From contig JBHHUC010000001.1 of assembly GCA_046861395.1 (NCBI GenBank), positions 39,846 through 103,845 on the forward strand: DNA of 64,000 nt. Direction: 5' to 3'. A model generated the notes under the pieces. That model was not told where the DNA came from. It worked only from the letters and a program-made list of their open reading frames with translations, and made no database searches. Both the position numbers and the translations under genes were made by a program. The stretch's first letter is position 1. Every line of letters begins with the position of its first letter. This document shows, one piece after another, positions 46,826-55,765 of this stretch. The stretch comes from Fidelibacterota bacterium. GTDB taxonomy: Bacteria; Fidelibacterota; Marinisomatia; Marinisomatales; JABMOV01.

Positions 46826-49800
46826 CGTATCACCGCGAACTTTCCGATGACCTCCTGGCCATCTGCTGTAACATGGAAATAATAAACCCCAAAAGCGACC
46901 TCCTGATCGTTGTAGGTCCGGAGATTCCAGGCCTCAATGCTGGGTCCGCGATATCCGTCACTTCCCGGTTCATGTTTCAGGATCTGCACCGTTTCCCCGG
47001 CCAAATTGAAAATGCGAATCACACATACATCCGGTAAATGGGTGAACTGGATTTCCTTAACTTCAATATTGGTTTCATACGCCGATGTCACGGCGTAGGG
47101 ATTGGGAACTACCAGGATTTCATCCAGATCTCCCTTTTCTACGGCGAGGTTCGGGGCCGTCGTGCGGATGACATACGCATCTTCATACGGCAGGAGCGGT
47201 TTGGTACTGTAAACCTTGAATTGGATAACATTTCCCGTTTCCCATTCATTGGCCGTCCGGTTGAAATAAATCATCCACCCCAGCTTGGGTGCGTCGGCGG
47301 AATAGTCGTGGGGCAGCACACCGAGATCGTAAGGCTCATTGGCCGGGATTACGTAGAGATTTTTACTGAAGACGAAGGTGGAATCGGTGTTGGGGCCGAA
47401 CAGCGGCTTGCCGGGTGAAGTGGGATAAACGGCACAGTTGACCTGGCGATTTTCATCCACATCCCACACTTCAAAAGGCAGGAGCACCGTGTCGGCGGAA
47501 CTCAAGTTTGGCATAAAATACGTTCCGATGGACCCGGATTCGGTAAACCGGATTTCATAGGTTTTGTCCAGGCCGGAGTATTCGGCATTGCCTTCCGGAG
47601 GTGTAACCGGGATGGCTTTAATGAACCCGGCCCAGGTAGCATCGATACCGCTGGTATGACCGACGGTGAAAGCCAGCGCTGTATTGGGATCGGAATCGGT
47701 GATATCCTGGAAGACCGAATCCACCCGCAACACCCATGAAGCATTTTCAAACAAGGGAATGAAACCGTCGATCAGGTAATTGTAGGCGGCGCTGATATCC
47801 GATTCATTTTTTACCAACGTATCTCCCGTGGTGGAATCCACCAGGGACCAGACGGGAGTATCCGCCACGCTGTCGTAGTCAATGGAAACAAAATAGGTGT
47901 TGTCACGATCAGTGGAAAAGTCCGATTCCACCATCTCCACGGCGCCAGAAAAGAGGAAAGATTCCATCTCGCTATCATCGCTGAAAGGATCGGCGGGTAT
48001 GGTTTCGATGGTGGCGGAAGCGGCTCCAGAAACATGTTGGACGGAAGATACATTCCCGGCATCGAACCCAGCCGGATCGGCCTGGGGAATGACAGCCACG
48101 GTATTATCATCCGGAACAAAAGCATTGGCGGAACGGGCATTTTCCAGCGGCTGCACCGGGGAACCGGCCCAGATATCCTCGCCATCAAAAGCACAAACCG
48201 AATACCAATATTCATAACCATTGATGACGGTCCGGTCGATATAGGAATATTTCAAGCCGGAATTATTTCCCAGGTTAAAATAGAAATCACCCATGGGATA
48301 GACACCGCTGACATCATCCGATTTATCATAGATAGCCTGGGGGAGGTAATAACCGGAGGGGTTGCCGTCGGCATTGGTAATGACCTTGCCCCAGGTGCGT
48401 CCGCGGTCAGTACTGCGATAAATCCGGTACCCCTGAAAAGCATTATTCAGTGTCACGGGATCAATGGAATATTCCGAGGGGTCTTCCGACCAGAACAAGG
48501 CTACCTGTCCGTCCGAAGCAATGGCCTGGACCACGGGCGGATCGGGCGGTTTCGGGGTCCGGAATTGATTGTCATAATAGGATTGGAACAACTTGGCGTT
48601 GGCAATCACATCCGCTTCATTGATCCCCATGAAGTCGGCAAAAGTAAAGATGACCCGTTCGCCCGGCGCCACATCCATGGGACCGGCAGCAATGACCCAG
48701 GTAATGTCAGGACCGTAGCTGTAAGGTTTTTGGAAAAGATCGGAGGGGTGGGGAGTCGTATTGTGAGGGGGCTGGATTCCGGCGGTTAATTGTGTGTTAT
48801 AGGCATCGGCATCGCTCTGGGCATCCTGACTGTATTCAAAAGAATAAACGGTCGATACATCGTAGGATTCTTCCGTCCCGTCCGATGCAATCTTCGTGGC
48901 TTCCAGAAATTTTAAACCGATCCAGCCAATGCCGGAGGATTTGAAACCCTGGGATTTATCATCCGGATCCCAGACGATGGCCAGGTTGTCCAGCAATTCT
49001 GCGTCTGTCGTATCGGACAGTTTTTCCGCCAGGTGAGGATCGTTGGCTTCAATGAACATGGCCAGATCATCCGTCCACTCCGCGCCACCCTGTTCCGGCG
49101 TATCCGGATCACCTGCGATTCCCATGTATAAATCCTTCAGGGTGTCCGTCCCCACGTTTGTCATGAGCTGGATAAAGATCAGGCCGTCATTAGCAAAAAC
49201 GGAGGCGTCGTTGACAACCCAGATATCAAAACGAACGTTCAGAGGACCGATGCCATTGCTTTCCAATGTATTTCCATCATCGGGATCATTATCTGTTGCT
49301 ACGAAATAGCCGATGCGTTTATCGGGATCGTTGGCAGGAAAAGTTTCCTGCATGAAGGGTGGAACCGGAAAACGGATATCGCTGTGGAGGGGAGCTTCAA
49401 TGCCCGGAAAGGTTTCACCGGTCTGAGGGTCAGTATAATTACCGCTGGGATCTTTTTCAATGGGCCATTGCGCCGGCCAGGATTCGGGGATATCGCTGAA
49501 CGCTATACCGATATTTTTTTCCGTATCTGTCTGTCCGGCGTCATAACCAGGCAGCGGTTGAAATTCCTCTTCATGATCCCGGGTTGTTCCCCTTACACCG
49601 ACGGCTACGGATGGTTGTCCATTTATTTTTGCCCCGACGATGGGTGATTGCGTCCAGTAATAGGTACAGCAACCATCCTGCAACATACTGCCGGCAGGAA
49701 ATTCATGGTTCAAGCCCCAGCGGTCATAACCATAGACGGCACCGTTGGAAAGACGTAACACCATGTTTCCCCGGTTCAGAACACTCCGCTTCCGGTCGCT

Positions 49801-49935
49801 GAAGGAAAATGTTTTTTCCAGGAGCCCGCTTTCACTCAGGGATTTGCCGGTGAGACTTTCATAGTATTCGGCCTTGGTCAAATCCTGGCTTGTTGCCAGA
49901 GACAGGAACATAAAAGACAGGATAAACTTCTTCAT
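46822..49935 (-). CDS. Large secreted protein with Fn3-like domain and T9SS/FlgD-Ig-like C-terminal domain
   Basis: 1037 aa with a signal peptide. It has an Fn3-like segment carrying an Asp-box-like STDRGRTW (FQGYRIYRSTDRGRTWGKV...YEYWYSVCAFDGED). The C-terminal sorting-type domain is VVPNPY...IRIFNLAGETV...GVYYFHV...GKFAVIR. No catalytic motif was recognised. Confidence 0.7.
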   Translation of the reverse strand: MKKFILSFMFLSLATSQDLTKAEYYESLTGKSLSESGLLEKTFSFSDRKRSVLNRGNMVLRLSNGAVYGYDRWGLNHEFPAGSMLQDGCCTYYWTQSPIVGAKINGQPSVAVGVRGTTRDHEEEFQPLPGYDAGQTDTEKNIGIAFSDIPESWPAQWPIEKDPSGNYTDPQTGETFPGIEAPLHSDIRFPVPPFMQETFPANDPDKRIGYFVATDNDPDDGNTLESNGIGPLNVRFDIWVVNDASVFANDGLIFIQLMTNVGTDTLKDLYMGIAGDPDTPEQGGAEWTDDLAMFIEANDPHLAEKLSDTTDAELLDNLAIVWDPDDKSQGFKSSGIGWIGLKFLEATKIASDGTEESYDVSTVYSFEYSQDAQSDADAYNTQLTAGIQPPHNTTPHPSDLFQKPYSYGPDITWVIAAGPMDVAPGERVIFTFADFMGINEADVIANAKLFQSYYDNQFRTPKPPDPPVVQAIASDGQVALFWSEDPSEYSIDPVTLNNAFQGYRIYRSTDRGRTWGKVITNADGNPSGYYLPQAIYDKSDDVSGVYPMGDFYFNLGNNSGLKYSYIDRTVINGYEYWYSVCAFDGEDIWAGSPVQPLENARSANAFVPDDNTVAVIPQADPAGFDAGNVSSVQHVSGAASATIETIPADPFSDDSEMESFLFSGAVEMVESDFSTDRDNTYFVSIDYDSVADTPVWSLVDSTTGDTLVKNESDISAAYNYLIDGFIPLFENASWVLRVDSVFQDITDSDPNTALAFTVGHTSGIDATWAGFIKAIPVTPPEGNAEYSGLDKTYEIRFTESGSIGTYFMPNLSSADTVLLPFEVWDVDENRQVNCAVYPTSPGKPLFGPNTDSTFVFSKNLYVIPANEPYDLGVLPHDYSADAPKLGWMIYFNRTANEWETGNVIQFKVYSTKPLLPYEDAYVIRTTAPNLAVEKGDLDEILVVPNPYAVTSAYETNIEVKEIQFTHLPDVCVIRIFNLAGETVQILKHEPGSDGYRGPSIEAWNLRTYNDQEVAFGVYYFHVTADGQEVIGKFAVIR

Positions 49936-52900
49936 TATTTCACCCCCACACTGATACCCAGCTCAATATGGCGCGGTGCCCCGAAGTAATACGGCCTGGC
50001 TTCCCACATGGGGGAGGTGCCGGGATTAAGGCTTTCATCCGGCTTCCCGCTGTTATCGAAAACATTCAACACATTTCGTTTGTTGAAGAGATTGGTAATG
50101 TCAGCATAAAACCGGACATTAACCCAGGGAGCGGGCAAATCATAATACGCTTTCAGATCGAAAGAAGATGTGGCGGGCATGCGTCCGGAATTACTTTCAT
50201 CCAAGGGTCGACCGCGATTGTCGGATGGCGTATAGGGCAGGCCGCTACCCCAGTTCCCGATGAGATTGGCTCCGAAGCCGGAAGGATGAGTATAATTCAT
50301 GGTTACATTGATGGTGTGGGGTTGATCCCAGGGCATGGTAATGGTTTTTCGGGCCGGGACCGTTCCGTAGACTGAAGCGGAATAGGCATCATCCCAATGC
50401 TGGAATTCGTTAGAGGCGTTTCCTTCCGCCCGGGAGAAGGTATAGTTTATACCCCAGGACAGGCCGTTGGTCGGCAATTGTTGCAGTGAAATTTCAATCC
50501 CTTTGGAATTTCCGTAATCCATATTTTCAAATACGGAAAATTCGGTGGGGTCAGCGTCGTAAATCACTGCCGCGATGTAATCATAGACATCTTTGTAGAA
50601 TACGGCCGTACCCAGGACAAAGCGATCGCTGAGCTGGGTACGCAATCCCATTTCATACTGGACCGTCGTTTCCGGTTTCAGATTGGGGCTGCCCACCGGT
50701 GGGATATACCAATCACCCAGATTGTAGGGGAATGGATAGAGGGCATTGCCAAAGGTTCCGACTCCCACCTGATTGGATATACCGGCCAATTCATTCGGTA
50801 ATCCCGTATATCCGTTGGAATTGGACAGGCGGTACATGTTCTGGTATTCAGGATACTGGAAAAAATGTCCGTAGGAGAAATGAAACGCCATCCGGTCACT
50901 GATGGGATAACCAAAGGCAATGCGGGGACTCCATTGTTTCTTGATATCGGTTTGTGGCGCCGGTGTGAAGACCGTATCCGTTCCGTTGATTTCAAGGTAT
51001 CCCCACTCAGCCCCTGGTGTATTGGGCGGAACAAACTGGCCGTCCAGGAAATAGGCCAGTTTTTTAGTGGGATCGGCATAACGGCTATTGGGATCCATAT
51101 AATCCCACCGGATGCCTAGGTTTACCACCAGGTCGGTGAATTCGATCTTATCCTGGATATAGAAAGCCCGTTGTTCAGGGCGTTTTTCCCAGATGACGAA
51201 GGCCGGTTCCGATGCAATCCCATACGGCCCGCCACCCAGACCGGAAGCAAGGAAGTTGTTCAAAACATATTTCTTTACCTCAAAACCGGTTTTTAACTGA
51301 TTGGCATCGCTAAACTGCCAGGTCAAGGACGCCTGATAAGTTTCTGTGACGGACCGGTAATGTTCATAACTGTAATAGTCTGATGTGGCCGTTCGCACCG
51401 TATCGCCCTGGGCGTTAATAATCGGGTATTCGCCGTAGAATTCATAATTGGATGTATTATCATATGCGTCACCCTCCCGCAACGGTACGGTGACCCCGTA
51501 GCTGTAATTTCCGTCGCCATCCAGATCAGAATAGGGTTCCGTGTCGGGAATTCCGTCATTATTGGAGTCGGCAAAGATGTCCCAGACACCATTATTGTTC
51601 CAGTCGTGCCACCGTTCCCCTTCTCCGGGATTCCAGACACTGTCCTGATTGGCGTCGGTCCAGTTCAGGATTCCGTCTCCGTTGACATCCTGCCACCACT
51701 CAGCCGCGTAGGGGCTCCATTGTCCGTCTTCGTTCAGGTCATTATATGGTTCGGCGTAATGACTGAACCAGACCCATGATTCTCCCGGTTCCAGTATGGA
51801 ATGGTCCCAGTCGTCGGGAATGGTATGAGCCTTAGCAAATAATTCATGGTTCTTATTGAGGTGCCGTGGATTACCGGTCCAGTTCTCATTTCTGAAATTG
51901 GAGTAACGCAACGTCCCGAACATATTCTTGGAAAAGGTAATATTGGCCGTGGCATAATAAAGGTCGCTTTCCAGCCAGTCCTGCGAACTGTGATCGGGGA
52001 TTTGTCGATAGCTGAGGCTGTAGTCCCGGTTTTCCCGATGAAGAAGATTGGTACCGAAGGATACTTTCACATTTCTCAGGGGTCGTATAACCAGTTTTCC
52101 GGTCAGCCGTCTATCATCGCGAAAAGTATCAAAAGTATTCAGGGCACCTTTTTTCATTTCTTCCAGGTTGCCGTCAAAATCCAGATCGGCCATGGCATAG
52201 GTGTCACCCTCATCAAACACCCCGTCACCATCCAGGTCAACGGTAAGAACATCCTTGGGCAAATAGGTTTTGGATAAATAGGTATTGGAACTATACAGGT
52301 CACCGGTAACGAAGAACGTTGCCAGATTGCGGGCAAAAGGCAGCACCGGCCCACTGAAGGTGCCTTCCAGGCGGGATGTACCCCAATCGTTTTTCTGTAT
52401 TCCGAATTGATCGGTAGAGGTGCGCAAATTCCATTCGTATCCAGTGTTTCCTTCTTTGGTAATGATATTCACGACACCGCTCATGGCTTCCCCGTATTCA
52501 GCATTGAAAGAACCGGTAATCACCGATAATTCGGAAATACCATTGCGGGCTACGTCCGTCCCCATACCACCGAAAATTGCGTCTTCTACGAAAAAGCCGT
52601 CCACCATATAAGCAATTTCTCCCGACCGTCCCCCGCGAATATGGATGCCATTGTCACCACCGCCGTTATCGTTATCAATGACACCAGCCATATTGTCCAT
52701 GATATCGAGATAGGAATTTACCGGCATATTCACAATTTCCTCTTCCGTGACGGTAATTGTCGTAGCCGTCTGGTCCCGCTCAATCACAGGACGGGCGGCT
52801 TCCACGACCACTTCATCTCCTTCGACCACGGAGACCTCCAGTGCCACATCGAGGCGTGTCGTACGGTCGGCATAGATTCTCACATCGGCGATGGTAGTTG

Positions 52901-53138
52901 TTTTATAACCGATATAGGAAATTTTGACGGAATAGGTAGCCGGGGGAATATTCAACAGGAAGAAATTTCCCCTGGCATCCGACATGGTTCCCATGACGGT
53001 GTTTTCCAGTAGAACATTGCCACCCGCCAACGGTTTTCCGGTTGTTTTATTGGTGAGCGTTCCCACTAGCTTCCCGGTTTCGCCGGCAAAGATGCAGGCG
53101 GGTACGAGAAGCCATAAAAGGGGTCTGAGCGACTTCAT
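49935..53138 (-). CDS. TonB-dependent receptor-like outer-membrane protein with CarboxypepD_reg domain and Asp-rich Ca-binding-type loop inserts
   Basis: 1067 aa with a signal peptide, a CarboxypepD_reg segment (GKLVGTLTNKTTGKPLAGGNVLL), a plug (IHIRGGRSGEIAYMVDG) and a long barrel. DxDxDG-type inserts occur at aa ~300-325 and ~465-546. It shares 1-nt/4-nt overlaps with the downstream gene. Confidence 0.78.
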   Translation of the reverse strand: MKSLRPLLWLLVPACIFAGETGKLVGTLTNKTTGKPLAGGNVLLENTVMGTMSDARGNFFLLNIPPATYSVKISYIGYKTTTIADVRIYADRTTRLDVALEVSVVEGDEVVVEAARPVIERDQTATTITVTEEEIVNMPVNSYLDIMDNMAGVIDNDNGGGDNGIHIRGGRSGEIAYMVDGFFVEDAIFGGMGTDVARNGISELSVITGSFNAEYGEAMSGVVNIITKEGNTGYEWNLRTSTDQFGIQKNDWGTSRLEGTFSGPVLPFARNLATFFVTGDLYSSNTYLSKTYLPKDVLTVDLDGDGVFDEGDTYAMADLDFDGNLEEMKKGALNTFDTFRDDRRLTGKLVIRPLRNVKVSFGTNLLHRENRDYSLSYRQIPDHSSQDWLESDLYYATANITFSKNMFGTLRYSNFRNENWTGNPRHLNKNHELFAKAHTIPDDWDHSILEPGESWVWFSHYAEPYNDLNEDGQWSPYAAEWWQDVNGDGILNWTDANQDSVWNPGEGERWHDWNNNGVWDIFADSNNDGIPDTEPYSDLDGDGNYSYGVTVPLREGDAYDNTSNYEFYGEYPIINAQGDTVRTATSDYYSYEHYRSVTETYQASLTWQFSDANQLKTGFEVKKYVLNNFLASGLGGGPYGIASEPAFVIWEKRPEQRAFYIQDKIEFTDLVVNLGIRWDYMDPNSRYADPTKKLAYFLDGQFVPPNTPGAEWGYLEINGTDTVFTPAPQTDIKKQWSPRIAFGYPISDRMAFHFSYGHFFQYPEYQNMYRLSNSNGYTGLPNELAGISNQVGVGTFGNALYPFPYNLGDWYIPPVGSPNLKPETTVQYEMGLRTQLSDRFVLGTAVFYKDVYDYIAAVIYDADPTEFSVFENMDYGNSKGIEISLQQLPTNGLSWGINYTFSRAEGNASNEFQHWDDAYSASVYGTVPARKTITMPWDQPHTINVTMNYTHPSGFGANLIGNWGSGLPYTPSDNRGRPLDESNSGRMPATSSFDLKAYYDLPAPWVNVRFYADITNLFNKRNVLNVFDNSGKPDESLNPGTSPMWEARPYYFGAPRHIELGISVGVK

Positions 53139-53224
53139 GATGCTTCCTCCAATGACAAAAGAAGCTATGATCAGTAGAAATAAAATTCAAGAGCGAGTTG
53201 ATTGAAAGGTTAAGGCGATGTAAC

Positions 53225-53248
53225 TTCTGACCGACCGGTCGGTCAGAA
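53225..53248. promoter_or_regulatory. Perfect 24-bp palindrome, candidate TetR operator
   Basis: TTCTGACCGACC|GGTCGGTCAGAA sits 11 nt upstream of the tetR-family ATG. It overlaps a putative -10 (TAACTT 53221-53226; -35 TTGATT 53198-53203; 17-nt spacer). Confidence 0.6.
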
Positions 53249-53258
53249 CAGAATAACT

Positions 53259-53840
53259 ATGGCTAAAACACAAAAAATCATTGAAGCCGCCATCACCGTT
53301 TTTTCCCGGGACGGACTTGAAAAAGGCAAGATTGCCGACATTGCCGTTGAGGCCGGAATCGGAAAAGGTACAATATATGAGTACTTTTCCAGTAAAGAGG
53401 ATATCTTTGCCGCTATCGAAACCCATATGGTTGATCATCTTGTGACATCGGTTTTCACGGCGGCACAACAGGCCGGATCGGCTGAAGAAAAACTGAAAAC
53501 CATCTTCGATTTAAGCGTCAAAGGAATGTTACATCTTGGCGATGCCCTGTTAATTGTTACTGAAATCCTGACGCGCAATGCCCGCGGACACATATTCTCT
53601 GATCGTCAGTCACCCATGAGTGAAATGTATACCCGCTATCGTCAGGCGGTAGAAACCATATTGCAGGAAGGAATGGAATCCGGGGAATTTCGGACCTTGA
53701 ATCCGGCCGGGTCCGCCGCTTTGTTTATGGCCTTTATCGATGGAATTGTCTGGCAATATGTTTTCATGCCCGACAAAGACCTGTTTAATCGCATGCTCCG
53801 GGAAAGCCTAGAATCCTACTTGAGAGGAATAAGAAAATGA
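53259..53840 (+). CDS. TetR/AcrR-family transcriptional regulator
   Basis: 193 aa with an N-terminal HTH (IIEAAITVFSRDGLEKGKIADIAVEAGIGKGTIYEYFSSKEDIF). Confidence 0.9.
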   Translation: MAKTQKIIEAAITVFSRDGLEKGKIADIAVEAGIGKGTIYEYFSSKEDIFAAIETHMVDHLVTSVFTAAQQAGSAEEKLKTIFDLSVKGMLHLGDALLIVTEILTRNARGHIFSDRQSPMSEMYTRYRQAVETILQEGMESGEFRTLNPAGSAALFMAFIDGIVWQYVFMPDKDLFNRMLRESLESYLRGIRK

Positions 53841-54577
53841 AATATCAAGTCCTGCCCCTCCTGTTCTGTACCACTCTGGCGTGGTCCCAGGATGCACAAA
53901 GCATTATTGACCGGATGACAGCGACCCTTACACAGGCCACCAGCCGTGCCCGTATGACGCAAACCGTGGAGACGACATCGGGAAAAACGCGAACATTGGA
54001 ATTTGAAATGTTTTCCGCCGATTCCGGATCCAGTGTCCTCATTCGCTATATAAAACCCAGTAGCGTAAAAGGCCAAAGTTTTCTCATGCTGAACGATGCC
54101 AATGATATCTGGACCTACTTTCCCCGTACACGGCGAGTGCGTAAACTGGCATCTTCCGCCAAGAATCAAAAAGTACAGGGCAGCGATTTTTCCTATAGTG
54201 ATTTTTCCTCTTCGGATACCTGGCAGGAGGATTATATATCTACCTTGGACGGAAGCGTCCGCCTGAAGGACGAAGCGTGCTGGAAGCTCACCGCCACCGA
54301 GACGGAAAAAAACGACTCCGACTACCCCCGGGTGGTGCTGTTTATCCGAAAATCAGACTATTCTCCGCTGCAGATGGATTTTTATAATGAAAACAATCAA
54401 CACGAAAAAACATTGACGTTTGAAAACATTACGAACATTGAAGGTGTCCCGACAGCGATGAGGATGATAATGGAAAATGTATTGGAGGGCTCAAAAACGG
54501 TCATGGAAATCAAGGAAATGACCTATGCATGGACACCGCCTAAGGGCTTTTTCAGTGAAAGGAACCTGCAGCAATGA
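53837..54577 (+). CDS. Outer-membrane lipoprotein-sorting (LolA-like) protein
   Basis: 246 aa with a signal peptide. The LolA_like-family pattern is present: IRYIKPSSVKGQSFLML...DIWTYFPRTRRVRKL........QGSDFSYSDF. A 4-nt overlap links it to the tetR-family gene. Confidence 0.7.
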   Translation: MKYQVLPLLFCTTLAWSQDAQSIIDRMTATLTQATSRARMTQTVETTSGKTRTLEFEMFSADSGSSVLIRYIKPSSVKGQSFLMLNDANDIWTYFPRTRRVRKLASSAKNQKVQGSDFSYSDFSSSDTWQEDYISTLDGSVRLKDEACWKLTATETEKNDSDYPRVVLFIRKSDYSPLQMDFYNENNQHEKTLTFENITNIEGVPTAMRMIMENVLEGSKTVMEIKEMTYAWTPPKGFFSERNLQQ

Positions 54578-55764
54578 AAGGTGGAATGTTTTTAACCTGT
54601 CTCCTGGGGTTACTCATGGGACAGGTGGACTGGTTCGGCTACCTGGAAAGCGAATTCGACCGCTTTGCCCTCAATGATAAAACCTATCATTTCGGCTATC
54701 ATAAATTACGGCTGGACATGGAAACCCGCCCGGCGGAAACCGTTCTGGTGGCTGCCAACCTCAATCTCCATCAGTATGTAGGACAAACACACTGGAATTT
54801 CCTGGATTTCATTCCACCACGTTACTGGAACATTATTTTATTTGCCCCTGGAAATGACAGCGCCATGAGCATTAATCCGGAAATCCCCTATGATTACCGG
54901 GATACATTGTATCTTGACAATGCTTATCTTCGTGCGGCCTTTCCGGCCGTGGATTTAATTGTAGGAAAACAGCCGCTGTCCTTGGGCACGGGTTATGCCT
55001 GGAATCCTGTGGATATTTTCAACAAGAAAGATCCCGTGGATCCTACCTATGAGCAGACCGGAATCCAGGCCTTGCGGTTCGATGTCCCCCTGACCAGTCG
55101 CGGTGGATTGACGCTGGTGGTGACGCCGGCAGCAACCTGGCAGGAAGCCACCCGGTATGTTCAGGTCAAGGCTGGACTGGCGAGTTTTGATATCACCCTG
55201 AACGCAGCGAAATATATGAGCTTGTACCGCTACTGGGATTATGTCACTTATTCGGGAAGATTGCCGACGAAAACAGAATATACAGCCTATGGTGGAACCT
55301 TCGTGGGACAGGTATTGGGCGTCGGAATTTGGGGTGAAACCTGGCAAAAAAAACATACAGTTGTATCTGGAAAAACGTTCCGGGAAACCATTCTCGGTTT
55401 TGATTATACCTTTGAAAACGGGTTTATGGTTCTGTCAGAATTTCTTTTCAATGAACAGGGCGCAGCCACGAACAATCTGTCACTGAATGATTATTTCGCC
55501 TATTTTTCGGGGGAGACCCACAGCCTGATGCAGCACTACCAATTCCTATATGCATCCTATCCTGTCAGTGATTTCGTCCGCGCAGGTTTCCTGTCCATCA
55601 TAAACTATGACGATATCAGCGCCATGATCAGCCCGCAAGTGGATTGGGATATTTTCGAAAACGGCACCCTCTCGATCTGGTATACCTTCCCCTATGGCAA
55701 CAAAGAGACAGAATTCGGATACCAGGAAGACGGTTGGCGGATTCGCCTGCGGAGCTATTTCTAA
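54574..55764 (+). CDS. Hypothetical outer-membrane beta-barrel protein
   Basis: 396 aa with a signal-like N-terminus, alternating beta-strand pattern throughout and a C-terminal aromatic residue (…IRLRSYF), typical of an OMP beta-signal. Confidence 0.55.
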   Translation: MKGGMFLTCLLGLLMGQVDWFGYLESEFDRFALNDKTYHFGYHKLRLDMETRPAETVLVAANLNLHQYVGQTHWNFLDFIPPRYWNIILFAPGNDSAMSINPEIPYDYRDTLYLDNAYLRAAFPAVDLIVGKQPLSLGTGYAWNPVDIFNKKDPVDPTYEQTGIQALRFDVPLTSRGGLTLVVTPAATWQEATRYVQVKAGLASFDITLNAAKYMSLYRYWDYVTYSGRLPTKTEYTAYGGTFVGQVLGVGIWGETWQKKHTVVSGKTFRETILGFDYTFENGFMVLSEFLFNEQGAATNNLSLNDYFAYFSGETHSLMQHYQFLYASYPVSDFVRAGFLSIINYDDISAMISPQVDWDIFENGTLSIWYTFPYGNKETEFGYQEDGWRIRLRSYF

Positions 55765-55765
55765 T

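Noticed and set aside
46822-49935. The 1037-aa protein interpreted as the T9SS sortase PorU because it sits upstream of a PorV-like gene
   Set aside because: I could not find a gingipain/C25-type His-then-Cys catalytic dyad. Cys residues are few and the best candidate lies in an Fn3-like strand. It is kept only as a hypothesis to test, not as a call.
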